Below are positions 16,361-26,616 of a stretch of 43,505 bases of DNA, piece by piece. The stretch covers positions 1 to 43,505 of the IMG/VR virus record IMGVR_UViG_3300002307_000092; one strand, written 5' to 3'. The DNA is from a virus (taxonomy: Duplodnaviria; Caudoviricetes). The position numbers and the translations under genes are program-made. The number at the start of each line of letters is the position of its first letter. Position 1 is the stretch's first letter. Under the pieces are notes generated by a model, which saw only the letters and a program-made list of their open reading frames with translations, had not been told where the DNA came from and searched no databases.

Positions 16361-16921
16361 ATGTTAAAAGAATATAGTCCCGACACACCTTCTGGTAGTG
16401 CCACTCCTGATTTAAACAAGAGTAAGTTATGGTTATGTCATAAGTTAAAAGAGTTAAGTTATAGTCAATTTGATTCTGTATACATTCTAGGTTCTTGGTA
16501 CGGGTCAATGGGATTATTTTTAATTAGCAAGCATATATCGTTTGATCATATTTACAATATAGATTGGGATCATGAAAAGACCGAATATGTAACGCACGTA
16601 TTGAAGCGTATGCATTTAAATCGTCATATAAGTGCAATTCGAGCCGATGCCAATCAAGTTGTGTACAAGGGTAATCAAATTCTTGTTATAAACACATCAA
16701 CCAATGACATTCGTGGTTCAAATTGGTTAGCCAACATTCCGTCGGGGAGTATAGTAGCGTTACAAGGGAGAGATCACCAAGAAGATTCAAACGGGATCGA
16801 AACCCTTGAGAGATTCAACAGTGCGTATAAGTTAGATAAAACATTATATGTCGGGGCCATTGTAGTCAAAGATTATGAAGGATATAACTACCTACGTTTT
16901 ATGAAGATTGGTATCAAGTAA
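16361..16921 (+). CDS. SAM-dependent methyltransferase-like protein
   Basis: VYILGSWYG, NIDWD, ADAN and VINTS Rossmann-type motifs; start MLKEYS. Confidence 0.65.
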   Translation: MLKEYSPDTPSGSATPDLNKSKLWLCHKLKELSYSQFDSVYILGSWYGSMGLFLISKHISFDHIYNIDWDHEKTEYVTHVLKRMHLNRHISAIRADANQVVYKGNQILVINTSTNDIRGSNWLANIPSGSIVALQGRDHQEDSNGIETLERFNSAYKLDKTLYVGAIVVKDYEGYNYLRFMKIGIK

Positions 16922-17622
16922 TGCTCTGGTGTTTCGGTGACAGTTACATAGAGCAGCATCTTGGAACCGATAAGTATTGGGTTCCTATGTTAGCTCGTCG
17001 ATTAAGTATGTTGGTATCGAATCATGCCAAGGGCGGAACAGCGTTAGGGTACACGTATTATCAGTTTCATCAACAGCAGTCTAATTTCAAATACGGTGAT
17101 ATAGTCATTATAGGGTTAACCAGTATAAATCGTAATTATTTTTTTGTCGATAGACCTAACATATCGTTTTATCATAAGTTATTTGCCAATGATGTCAGCC
17201 CTGAAGAGTTAACGGCTATGAAGTTGTACACGCAATATCTGTTCAATGAATCAGAAATACAAGTTAATATTAAGAATTTCTTGTATAGTGTTCAGCATAT
17301 TTGTAATCAACTTGCCTTAAAAGTTATCATTATTCCATTATTTGATGATTACAATTTTATTGATGTTAGCCTATTTCCTTCGTTAGATTGGGCTGTTGGG
17401 CAGTCATTATCTCAAGTTAGTAATCTAGAATTTATTGATGATAACATGCGACATGCGCTATTCCAAAAGTATAATATGAGTGATATTCGACTCAATCATT
17501 TGTGTTATCAAAATCATGTTGTATTATCTGATAAGTTATATAAGTGTATTACAGAGTCATCAACAATTAATTTATCTACTGAATTTGAGCAAAAGTTCTT
17601 AACGAGCACCAATTATCAATAA
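16921..17622 (+). CDS. SGNH/GDSL-like hydrolase
   Basis: N-terminal FGDSY, NHAKGG, C-terminal NHL. Confidence 0.6.
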   Translation: MLWCFGDSYIEQHLGTDKYWVPMLARRLSMLVSNHAKGGTALGYTYYQFHQQQSNFKYGDIVIIGLTSINRNYFFVDRPNISFYHKLFANDVSPEELTAMKLYTQYLFNESEIQVNIKNFLYSVQHICNQLALKVIIIPLFDDYNFIDVSLFPSLDWAVGQSLSQVSNLEFIDDNMRHALFQKYNMSDIRLNHLCYQNHVVLSDKLYKCITESSTINLSTEFEQKFLTSTNYQ

Positions 17623-17626
17623 TACA

Positions 17627-18331
17627 TTACAGATCAACAAGTCCTTGACCGGGATAATTGTTAATAATCTTTATAAGACTATTTGCAAGATTAAGATTTT
17701 GTTCTTCGGTAAAATGATTTCGTAACGCCAGGGTAGGATCTACAATCTTTGTTGCAAGAGCCAGTAAATGTTGTCTAGTAGTTACGCCATTTCTAAATTG
17801 ATATTGCTCAGATGTTGTTCTCATTTTTTCGTTGATTGGATCTAATAAAGTATCATGTTCACTGGATGCAATCGGTAAGTGTATTATATAGGGAATCGAA
17901 TATTGATCTAAGATATTATCAAGTTCTTTAAACCATTGAAGCTGTGACCAAAAGTGATAATCTATTGAGATTAAATGGTTAAAATACAAATATGCTGCAT
18001 GATGACTAGAATCGATATGTTTAGTTTTGTTCCCTTTAAAATAGGAGGTGTAGCAGTTCAGTGCTAAATCTCTATCATGTGGAATACGCAATGCATCAGT
18101 ATGACATATAACTAGTATCTTAGGAATTCTCTGATCTAATTGTTTTAATAATTCTTTACGAGTACTCCACCATGCTGCACCGAAGTAACCTTTTCCTCTA
18201 GGTAGTTGTGTTGGGGAATATGGATGAGTAGTTAGTTCAAGGGTTAAATGTTGAGGCCAGTCGGTTTTGTTGGATCGATCGGCCGCAAAACTATCCCCAA
18301 TAATTACAATATCGTCCCAACTAAAAATCAT
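17627..18331 (-). CDS. SGNH/GDSL-like hydrolase
   Basis: IIGDSF, W, G.G..GA, C-terminal RNHF...N. Confidence 0.6.
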   Translation of the reverse strand: MIFSWDDIVIIGDSFAADRSNKTDWPQHLTLELTTHPYSPTQLPRGKGYFGAAWWSTRKELLKQLDQRIPKILVICHTDALRIPHDRDLALNCYTSYFKGNKTKHIDSSHHAAYLYFNHLISIDYHFWSQLQWFKELDNILDQYSIPYIIHLPIASSEHDTLLDPINEKMRTTSEQYQFRNGVTTRQHLLALATKIVDPTLALRNHFTEEQNLNLANSLIKIINNYPGQGLVDL

Positions 18332-18334
18332 ATA

Positions 18335-19753
18335 TTAAATCTCGTCTGTCGGTAAGTTATCGATCAACTGCCGTAACTTTGTACTTTCGATTTTTGCCTT
18401 TGCTTTTGGAGCAGATGCGGACGGCATTGTTTCCCCGGTATCAGGATCAACTGTGCTACGTTGTTTAATTTGATTCAACAAACTAGATCCTGCTGTACTA
18501 GATTTGTTGTTATATCCGTCGTCGTCATCTAAGTCAGAAATACGTAAGCAATCGATATCAAATTTAAGATCAATTTTTTGTCCGACTCCGCTACTGCTAC
18601 GTGTTTTCATTAATTGTAACTGATATTTGCCATGTTCACGCATTGCCCGACTAGTAAAGATGCCAAAAACGTTATCAGCAGTTTGAATCTTAGAAAGGCC
18701 GCCCGAAATATGACTATGGTCGTATTCAACTTCTTCTACCGCTCCTCTGTTCAACTGTGCTGCTGTAACAAAGATACATTTTGTCTCCATTGCCAAATTT
18801 CTAAGTTCTTCTGAAACAAATTTATCTTTAATAAACAAGTCCGCCGGGCTAATCTTCTTACTAATGGGCATCAACAAGTCAAGATAATCGACCAGTAACA
18901 CATCAATTTTCTTACCTAGTTTAATTTCATATTCCTTAAGATATGATCTAATATCATTTGTAGTCTTACCGCTGGGCATGTATTTAATCTGCAGACTGCC
19001 CGATTTCTTTCCGATCATTTTAACTTTCATTTCTACATCGTCGAGACTCTTAAAGACTTCTCTACTCGGTATCCCTGTAATCATACTATCAATACGCATA
19101 CTCACAAGTTCTTCACTAAGCTCCAATGTCAAGTAAATTACATTAAGACCTTGCAACGCCCAATTAACACCTAGATTAGCAAGGAATAGTGATTTACCTG
19201 CGCCGGATCCGCCTGCAAAGATATTAAGTTCACCTCGATTCATTCCCCCGAACAGTTTATCGTCCATAGTCTGCCATCCGGTAGATATCTGTCCGTTTTT
19301 ATCTTTAATCCTCATTAGTCGAGCACGAGGGTCTTCGAAGTAGTCGGTACCGAGATCCTTAGTAAGACCTACTTGCACGGCCTTTTTAATCATATCTTCT
19401 ACAGGGCCGTATTCACCTTTTTCAAGTAGATCAGCAGATGCTAAGATAGCTCTTTCGAGCCCTTTATGTCGAGTAAACGTTTCAAAATCGTTCATCAACC
19501 AATCAAAGTGTTCCTCTCTTAAATCGTATGTTACTTTGAAATCACTATTAGTAGCAGCATTAATAATTTGTTCAGTAGGCATTACGTTATGCTCTTTAAC
19601 ATAATTATCCATGAACTCTGCTGTTATTTGTAATCTCCGATCAAAAAGTGTATGATCGAAGATACTCTGGCACCTTGCAAATGTTGCCGCATCTGCTAGC
19701 ATCATTTCGAGATAAAGTTTTTGGATGTCGTATCCGTAGTCCGTATTCTGCAT
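18335..19753 (-). CDS. 41: DnaB-like replicative helicase (T4 gp41-like)
   Basis: GGSGAGKS, TLELSE, VDYLDL, TAAQLNR and KTR motifs. Confidence 0.95.
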   Translation of the reverse strand: MQNTDYGYDIQKLYLEMMLADAATFARCQSIFDHTLFDRRLQITAEFMDNYVKEHNVMPTEQIINAATNSDFKVTYDLREEHFDWLMNDFETFTRHKGLERAILASADLLEKGEYGPVEDMIKKAVQVGLTKDLGTDYFEDPRARLMRIKDKNGQISTGWQTMDDKLFGGMNRGELNIFAGGSGAGKSLFLANLGVNWALQGLNVIYLTLELSEELVSMRIDSMITGIPSREVFKSLDDVEMKVKMIGKKSGSLQIKYMPSGKTTNDIRSYLKEYEIKLGKKIDVLLVDYLDLLMPISKKISPADLFIKDKFVSEELRNLAMETKCIFVTAAQLNRGAVEEVEYDHSHISGGLSKIQTADNVFGIFTSRAMREHGKYQLQLMKTRSSSGVGQKIDLKFDIDCLRISDLDDDDGYNNKSSTAGSSLLNQIKQRSTVDPDTGETMPSASAPKAKAKIESTKLRQLIDNLPTDEI

Positions 19754-19769
19754 TTATATATTATATCTT

Positions 19770-21224
19770 CTATTTGAACACCTTAACACCATAATGATGA
19801 TCGAAGTTGTATGCATCATTATGATTATTAACCATCGGTTGTCCTTTAATGTTTAAACTAGTATTCAGCAGCATTGGGCATCCTGTTTTAGCATACCATA
19901 CCTCTAATAACTTCCGAACATACTGATCATCTTCGGGGCCGACAGTTTGCACACGACTAGTGCCATCTTTATGAATAATAGCGGGATATAAATCTGGGTG
20001 TTTACAGATAACGGTATATTGCATGTATCTGTGGTCGTTACTAATTAAATCAAAATGATCAGCAGCATGTTCTTTGAGAATCATAGGAGCAAACGGTCTA
20101 AACTCCTGCCGTTGTTTAATTTTATTAACTCGATCCTTAATATCGTTTCCCCGAGGGTCTGCCACCAAACTCCGATTACCGAACGCTCTAGGGCCAAACT
20201 CTGCACGACCTCTTGCAATACCACAGATTTTATTTTCGAGCAAATACTCAACTATCTCTTCTTCAGTTGAACTATAGCCCATATCGTATCCAAGATACGG
20301 CCCGGGCCATTGAATATGATGTTTCCGATGTGCTAATACTGCGCCCATACTAGATCCTGCGTCCCCTGGATTTGGCATGATCCATACATTATCAAAAAGT
20401 TTATGCGCTAAGTAGTTTGCCGAACAATTCAATGCACATCCACCCATTAGTACAAGATTCTTACTCTTACTTATTTTACGAGCCTTTTCGAGTACGGACC
20501 AAAGTAATATTTCATAGTTCTTTTGTGTTGCACTTGCGATATCAAAATATTCATTAACGGGAATTTCCGGAGCCCAATCTATGCATCCTCGATGCAAGTT
20601 TTTTTCAAAGGTTAGTTTGTCCGGATCCTTTATAAAATCGTCAAACACCTTAAATAAATGTCTACCGTCTCCGTATGCTGCCATCCCCATTAAAATATAT
20701 TCGTCCTCTAATGGTTTTAGACCTACACGTTGGGTCATGGCAGAATACCAAAGTCCCACACTATGAGGAAAAGTTTGTCGCCATTTTTTTGTTAGGTTGT
20801 TCCCTTGTCCTTCCCAGATGGTTGTAGTTTCAAATTCACCAATTGCATCTAGAACAACAACACAAGCATCATCAAAATTACTAGTATAATAACCTCCAGC
20901 TGCGTGGCTGTGATGATGTAGAGTGTAGTTAATAGGGCAGTTAATCCCGTAACCATCCAAGTACTTACGAATGTTATTTTCCTTCCATTTCCATCCTTGT
21001 CCGGCAATAAATTGTCTTGCTGTTTTAAGGTAGGGATTTTCGTACCAGTAGATTTCATGTGGTTCTCCAAATTTTAATGCATGATTGATAAGACCAGGAT
21101 GTAAGTTGCGATCATTCTTTATTCGGCTAAACCGTTCGGAATGACTCGCAAACACAATTTTTTCGCCATAAAATACTGTCAATGCAGCATCATGACTATT
21201 TGCGCTAATCCCCCAACTATTCAT
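19770..21224 (-). CDS. NodU/CmcH-family carbamoyltransferase
   Basis: HDAA, HHHSHAA, DAIGE, GGCALNC, EFGPRAFGNRS, RPFAP and LNTSLN motifs. Confidence 0.95.
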   Translation of the reverse strand: MNSWGISANSHDAALTVFYGEKIVFASHSERFSRIKNDRNLHPGLINHALKFGEPHEIYWYENPYLKTARQFIAGQGWKWKENNIRKYLDGYGINCPINYTLHHHSHAAGGYYTSNFDDACVVVLDAIGEFETTTIWEGQGNNLTKKWRQTFPHSVGLWYSAMTQRVGLKPLEDEYILMGMAAYGDGRHLFKVFDDFIKDPDKLTFEKNLHRGCIDWAPEIPVNEYFDIASATQKNYEILLWSVLEKARKISKSKNLVLMGGCALNCSANYLAHKLFDNVWIMPNPGDAGSSMGAVLAHRKHHIQWPGPYLGYDMGYSSTEEEIVEYLLENKICGIARGRAEFGPRAFGNRSLVADPRGNDIKDRVNKIKQRQEFRPFAPMILKEHAADHFDLISNDHRYMQYTVICKHPDLYPAIIHKDGTSRVQTVGPEDDQYVRKLLEVWYAKTGCPMLLNTSLNIKGQPMVNNHNDAYNFDHHYGVKVFK

Positions 21225-21334
21225 TTATAGATAAACGGGTCTCTCTTACGTAGTTCTTCAAGACGTTTTTTAAACTTCTTATGTTCTTGCCATTTACGCC
21301 ACGGGGTAGTCATAAATCTAATAATTGCTTTCAT
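21221..21334 (-). CDS. Small basic protein (37 aa) upstream of carbamoyltransferase
   Basis: MKAIIRF...KKRLEELRKRDPFIYK*, ATGA-coupled on both sides. Confidence 0.75.
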   Translation of the reverse strand: MKAIIRFMTTPWRKWQEHKKFKKRLEELRKRDPFIYK

Positions 21335-22305
21335 TTTTTTTCCTCATTAAACCATGTTTTTGCACGAAGTCTAACTTTCAGTGCATTTGATTCTTTCGCT
21401 TGTGTAATTAACCAAAGTGTAGCTAGTCTACCAATTTTTCTCACAGCATCATTAATATCCTTGACGCCATCGGGCCAATCAGGCATACTAACAGACCACC
21501 CTAGTTCCAATGCTTGTTCGATAGTTTTTGGACCTTCATGGTCTTTATCCGGGATCCATACAATTTCACGATTAAGACGTCGTAGTAGCCAGTCTTGACT
21601 CTTTTTGATTTCTGCCCCAAGTATTGCACACGCATCGATACTTATCGCATCAATCGGGCCTTCGCACACAAGTACGAATACTCGATCAGATGTTTGCCTA
21701 TCTAGATTAAACAAATATCCAGGTTGTTGTTCAGAAATATACCTTGGATTAGCATTATTAATTGTGCGAGCAGTATACCCTACAATTTTATCTTTATAAT
21801 AAAACGGTATAATTAATCGATTTCTAAAGCCTTGTTTATCGCACCAAAAAAACGGGTAGTCTTCAAGATATAAGCATCGATCCGACATATATTGTAACAC
21901 AGGAATTAGTGCATCTGGAATATTGTCTTTAAAATTAGTAATGAGTTTTGAATCCATTGGTAATTCTTTATCATAGAAGTTAGGAACAATGCTTTTTACT
22001 TTTTCTTGACTATCTGATTTCAGTCTTAACGCTTCTAAGCTGAGTTGAATAATGACATCATCACTCATGTTAAACAGACGCATGAGTTTAAGCATCTTTT
22101 GACTAATGGGTCGGCCAGGTTGCCAACTTGTTTTAAATTGGCAATTGAAGCAATGATAAGAGATTGCATTGCCGGAATTAACGATTAGGCCCCCGCGCTG
22201 TCGTTTATCATCACAACAAGGGGCATTGAAGCTAATCCAGCTAGACGGAGTATGTTTTCTCTTTGCTGGTAGATGTGCTAATATTGTTTCGATAATAAGG
22301 CTCAT
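21331..22305 (-). CDS. 61: DNA primase (T4 gp61-like)
   Basis: Zn ribbon (CC...HCFNC), RLIIPF, TOPRIM EGPIDA, DxD and KDIND. Confidence 0.92.
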   Translation of the reverse strand: MSLIIETILAHLPAKRKHTPSSWISFNAPCCDDKRQRGGLIVNSGNAISYHCFNCQFKTSWQPGRPISQKMLKLMRLFNMSDDVIIQLSLEALRLKSDSQEKVKSIVPNFYDKELPMDSKLITNFKDNIPDALIPVLQYMSDRCLYLEDYPFFWCDKQGFRNRLIIPFYYKDKIVGYTARTINNANPRYISEQQPGYLFNLDRQTSDRVFVLVCEGPIDAISIDACAILGAEIKKSQDWLLRRLNREIVWIPDKDHEGPKTIEQALELGWSVSMPDWPDGVKDINDAVRKIGRLATLWLITQAKESNALKVRLRAKTWFNEEKK

Positions 22306-22316
22306 ACCTTATTATA

Positions 22317-23429
22317 TTAACTTACTATAATTTTGTCAACTATTCCGGAAAAATTTGTACCCGAAACAATATACGTTCCGGTATTATTCGATGCTACGCC
22401 GGTCCAACTAACAGAAACAACTTCGCTAATAGTATAGCTAGAAGATATTGCTGTTGAACTAGCCCCGTATACCCCGTTAACAGTAATCATTAAATCATTA
22501 ATTCCGTCTACTCCGCCTAATTGATGGCCGAGTACTTTAATTAGAGATCCTTTTGTGTAACCAGTACCGCCATATTTAATAGCAACTTGATACTCATTAT
22601 TTTCTTTGGTCACAATAAATGTTGCACCTAAACCACTAATACTCGGAGTTTGGTATGATACCCGGAAATAATTATAGTTCCCGACTGCAAGAGAAGTAGC
22701 ATAAGGAATCGAACCGGTAAACATTCCGTCAGTAAACAAGTGTGTCCAAGATCCAAACGGTTTGCCTGCTGCTAGAAATGCCTCTTTATTTGAAGTCATG
22801 TCTGTTGTGGCTTCAATCCAAATTGTACCCACAAACCCAGTTACTTGTATGTCGAATGATAACGATGCTGTAGGCACTGCTTCATAAAATTTAGCAGGAA
22901 TAATTGAACTATGCCAGATCGGAATACCTTGTAAATCAACCTCTCCTGTAAAGGTATCAAATATTCTCGATGGTCTAATAACAGGCATAGCATCTCCGTC
23001 GAGTTCAATTGTACCTACCGCACCAAACTTGCTATCGCAGTATAATGGAATTTGCGATAAATCAGTTTTATAAGCAATTAAACTATATTTTAGGAATTGA
23101 TTGTTAAATCCTGCTAAATCGTCTGCTGGAATTGTAGTTGTTGCTATTCCTTTTAAACTTGTCGGGGTTACTGTGTATGGACTGTTTGGAAGGGGATTTC
23201 CGCTAGCATCCATTACATTAAGTTCTATTGAACCTATAATAGTGTCCACTGTTGTTAGATCAATTCGTTTTTGATCAGCATTTTTAATATCGAACTCGAT
23301 AGTATTGTCGATACCTCTATAAATCTTTACATTTCGTTGATACACGTTGGTATACTCCACATTAAAGCCGACCAGATCGGCTAAGATCTGGACACGGTTT
23401 GGATATAAATAACTTAGGATTTTTTGCAT
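22317..23429 (-). CDS. Probable virion structural protein
   Basis: Beta-rich; GGTGY...G..LGG repeat-like motif; CATAAATA upstream. Confidence 0.6.
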   Translation of the reverse strand: MQKILSYLYPNRVQILADLVGFNVEYTNVYQRNVKIYRGIDNTIEFDIKNADQKRIDLTTVDTIIGSIELNVMDASGNPLPNSPYTVTPTSLKGIATTTIPADDLAGFNNQFLKYSLIAYKTDLSQIPLYCDSKFGAVGTIELDGDAMPVIRPSRIFDTFTGEVDLQGIPIWHSSIIPAKFYEAVPTASLSFDIQVTGFVGTIWIEATTDMTSNKEAFLAAGKPFGSWTHLFTDGMFTGSIPYATSLAVGNYNYFRVSYQTPSISGLGATFIVTKENNEYQVAIKYGGTGYTKGSLIKVLGHQLGGVDGINDLMITVNGVYGASSTAISSSYTISEVVSVSWTGVASNNTGTYIVSGTNFSGIVDKIIVS

Positions 23430-23452
23430 TTTGGCAAACCTTTTATGTATTT

Positions 23453-23827
23453 ATGGCAAATTTAAGAGATAACATAACAAGCACTTTACCGTTTATATCG
23501 GTGTTAACATATGGCAATGAAGAGTATGTCGGGATCATTCTCAACCAAGATCAGTTTGTAACTAGTTTTTATGATCTTAATTCAATTCGGAGCCTAGAAG
23601 AAAGAGCAGCATTTTTAGAAATTGGTGAAATTTGGTGGTGGGAATCAAATCGTCAATTTCCAATTTCTATCTTTTGCAGGGATCAAATACAACCGTTTCA
23701 TTATGCTATTAAGACATTTAATAGTAAAGATGTAAAAGTTATATTGGGTCCAGTTGTTAATCTAATGAATTTAACTTTAAAGCGAGTAAAGCGTAAATCA
23801 GTACAATTAGTTCGCAGATCCCGTTAA
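23453..23827 (+). CDS. Conserved phage hypothetical protein
   Basis: TATAAATA at 23404; EYVGII.N and WWWESNR..PI motifs. Confidence 0.75.
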   Translation: MANLRDNITSTLPFISVLTYGNEEYVGIILNQDQFVTSFYDLNSIRSLEERAAFLEIGEIWWWESNRQFPISIFCRDQIQPFHYAIKTFNSKDVKVILGPVVNLMNLTLKRVKRKSVQLVRRSR

Positions 23828-24406
23828 CCCTAGTAATTCACCGTTAGCAAGTTGTTCACATAATAAATTCATATGCACAACTACTAATGCCGCATAACTG
23901 TGAGCATGACTCTTTTTAAAGTAGTATTCATCGTTATTTGGTTTTACCCAGACTTGGCTCATCACCGTAGTCCAATCTTTCCCTATCAGATAACGTTTCG
24001 CCGGGCGTATTATCGCTAATATTGCGGCGAGCTGTTCTATAGAGGTAGGTTTCATCTGCCGCAGGACGGTACCATGCCCGTTTAGATGAAATAGAAGATT
24101 TACAAATTCGTCTTGTTCTAAAAGATCCCATAATGGCTCCGTGTTTAATAATTGTGTTAGGTGTTCGTTACTTCGCACCCCTTGATATACATTAATATTA
24201 AGAAAGTCTATCTTAAAGTAGCCTCGCTGTTCTGCCTCTTTATAGTCTATTGTGCTTAAATTTGTGACTGGATCACACGGTATTGCTTGTAAATAAATTC
24301 CTGTATTGTGTGCGGTCATGCCGTCAGCCGTTTTTCTCGAAGCTACGACATGTTTAATCTTTCCCAATGCTTGTTTACGATCAGCAAAATCGATATCAAT
24401 ATCCAT
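23807..24406 (-). CDS. Minimal DNA polymerase III alpha (DnaE)-like catalytic core
   Basis: DIDIDF, HNTGIY, GYFKIDFL, LAIIRP and FKKSHAHSY motifs in 199 aa. Confidence 0.85.
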   Translation of the reverse strand: MDIDIDFADRKQALGKIKHVVASRKTADGMTAHNTGIYLQAIPCDPVTNLSTIDYKEAEQRGYFKIDFLNINVYQGVRSNEHLTQLLNTEPLWDLLEQDEFVNLLFHLNGHGTVLRQMKPTSIEQLAAILAIIRPAKRYLIGKDWTTVMSQVWVKPNNDEYYFKKSHAHSYAALVVVHMNLLCEQLANGELLGLTGSAN

Positions 24407-25101
24407 TAGATGTTTGATTCTTTTACTACTTGTTTAACAAAGTTAACATCTACCGGAAATTTTTTAAATTTAGATACCCAAAACGGCACGTTTATAACAT
24501 TGCTAACAGCTTCTAATTGTTCGTCGTTAAACTTTTGTAACATTGCTTTCCCGGTTGCACAATTTAATATCAACCAGGGACTAATTTTCCCGTCCTTTAT
24601 ATCATACATGGCACGATTAAAACTTACATATAAGAAGTAATGATTCCATTTAGCTTGATTGTTTTCACCCCATTCTATCATATGATTTATACTGCGTTGA
24701 AGGGCGGTTTCTACAGTTTCTGTTTTAATTAAATCCAAAACGTATTTCTCGTATAATTCGTCGCGGCACCAATGATCAAGTTTTACACCACTAGTGACTA
24801 CATAATTTATAAATTGGTCGGGATAAAGCGGATTAACGTTGTTAACAAAGCTGCCAAACTTAACAAAAGCATTATAATACGGACCATGGCAAAATTCTTC
24901 ATAAGTTTTATCTCTCGAATTATCTTGTGTTGTCTTGTAAAATCTCACATAAGTATCATACCCTATAACAACATGTTTTTCATGTTGAGCCAGCGCTCGT
25001 CGTTTCTGTTCACAAACATGTACGGCTAGAGTTTTTTCTTTCGTGAACCCGTGACTACAATATTTACACACATAAGGTTTATTTGGTGTTAAATTCATCA
25101 T
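24406..25101 (-). CDS. Conserved phage protein with N-terminal Zn finger
   Basis: CKYC...F....TLAVHVCE; start MMNLTP. Confidence 0.75.
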   Translation of the reverse strand: MMNLTPNKPYVCKYCSHGFTKEKTLAVHVCEQKRRALAQHEKHVVIGYDTYVRFYKTTQDNSRDKTYEEFCHGPYYNAFVKFGSFVNNVNPLYPDQFINYVVTSGVKLDHWCRDELYEKYVLDLIKTETVETALQRSINHMIEWGENNQAKWNHYFLYVSFNRAMYDIKDGKISPWLILNCATGKAMLQKFNDEQLEAVSNVINVPFWVSKFKKFPVDVNFVKQVVKESNI

Positions 25102-25202
25102 TTCTTTACATACCATATGGTTACGTATCTATTATCAATAATATTTTCACGAATACTGGCATTAATTGCTGACCTAACTATAAATGTGTAAAAATTATTC
25201 AT
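25098..25202 (-). pseudogene. Internally deleted third paralog of the GT-like pair
   Basis: MNNFYTFIVRSAINAS...RY...YVKK* matches both termini of the upstream paralogs. Confidence 0.75.
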
Positions 25203-25939
25203 GATTTTACGTATGTTAGACTAGTCGGTCTGGGTCCTAAAAAGCTATGATCAAGAACTAAGTAATATCCAGAGTTCCATCCTTCGATGTGTACTTTATC
25301 CATCGCAACTACTTTATCCTGAGGAACATGTTTATAATTGCTCACTTCCCATAACCCTTCTGAATTTAAAATATTCAGAAGCATATCGCTAAACATGACT
25401 GGTATTAATTCTAAATATTCGTCAACTAATGTTGGGCAAAATGATACAAGCATTGTTTCATACACATATTGTGGAAAAGGATTAGCATCTATACCAAATT
25501 TATGTATAGTTTTACGAAATGCATACTTGCCGATAAATCGATCATCGTAAACTGATATATCAAAGGTATCTGATAAAAAATATCGGCCAGACAGTTTAAA
25601 TATTCGTTTCCCTAGCAAATTATGTTGTTTAGCAAGATGTATAGCTTCATATAATATAAATGCCTCGCCTATACTTTTTAGTCCTGTATTATTTGAAAAA
25701 TTAAAAAACAAATTTGGTTTTAGGTAAACGGCAACATCTGTTAATGTGTCAATTGTTTTTTTCTGCTCATCAGTAAGAGGTACTAAAGAATTATCAATAA
25801 AAATGATTCTCGAATCATTTACTTTTGATCGAATCGAAGTTAGTGTCTTTAATGTTTCTTCATATCTATTTCTAATATCAAATAATTTTGAAGAGGCGTT
25901 GATAGTTGATGTAACTATAAAGGTATAGAAATTATTCAT
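25199..25939 (-). CDS. Glycosyltransferase-like protein (paralog B)
   Basis: FIVTSTIN, RYEETL.TL.SIR, IFIDNS, KS.GE and FKLSGRY motifs. Confidence 0.6.
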   Translation of the reverse strand: MNNFYTFIVTSTINASSKLFDIRNRYEETLKTLTSIRSKVNDSRIIFIDNSLVPLTDEQKKTIDTLTDVAVYLKPNLFFNFSNNTGLKSIGEAFILYEAIHLAKQHNLLGKRIFKLSGRYFLSDTFDISVYDDRFIGKYAFRKTIHKFGIDANPFPQYVYETMLVSFCPTLVDEYLELIPVMFSDMLLNILNSEGLWEVSNYKHVPQDKVVAMDKVHIEGWNSGYYLVLDHSFLGPRPTSLTYVKS

Positions 25940-26616
25940 AATTTTACATAACGTGGGCGTTCGGACCTAGGAAGACCTCGCCAGCCTTCGACGTGTGCAG
26001 TATTTAATATAACTACCTTATCTCGAGGAATAAATTTAAAATTACTTTTCCCCCAATTTGAATGTGATGTGCCTAAATGACGTAGCATATTATAAAACAT
26101 CTGAGGGATAAGATCAAAATACTCATCAAATAACGTAGGACAGAAAGACATTAATGTAGTTTGGTATGTAGTCGAATCATTCGGCTCTAGAATCCAAACA
26201 TACTTCCCATTAACTGCTTCGTCGTACTCGATAAGATTAAATGTATCAGATAATTGATATCTTCCAGCTATTTTAAATATTCTTCTTCCGATTAAATTAT
26301 TTGTTTTAATAAGTTTCATCGCTTCATATAATATCATTGCTTCACCTAAACTTTTTGATCCAAAATTATTAGTAATCTCGGAAAACAATGAAGGATCTAA
26401 ATATTTTTGAATATCTACCAGATTGCCAATTTCTTTCTGTTGTGCAACAGTCGGCAAGTTGATCGAATTGTCAACAAATATGATCTTAGAATTAGGAACT
26501 TTTCTATGTATTGATTTAATAGTATTAATTGTTTCGTTATATCTTTCACTAGTGTCGCAAATTGTAGTCGACGCATTAATTGTAGATAGGATGATAAAGG
26601 TATAAAAATCGTTCAT
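25936..26616 (-). CDS. Glycosyltransferase-like protein (paralog A)
   Basis: Collinear motifs with 25199-25939. Confidence 0.6.
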   Translation of the reverse strand: MNDFYTFIILSTINASTTICDTSERYNETINTIKSIHRKVPNSKIIFVDNSINLPTVAQQKEIGNLVDIQKYLDPSLFSEITNNFGSKSLGEAMILYEAMKLIKTNNLIGRRIFKIAGRYQLSDTFNLIEYDEAVNGKYVWILEPNDSTTYQTTLMSFCPTLFDEYFDLIPQMFYNMLRHLGTSHSNWGKSNFKFIPRDKVVILNTAHVEGWRGLPRSERPRYVKL

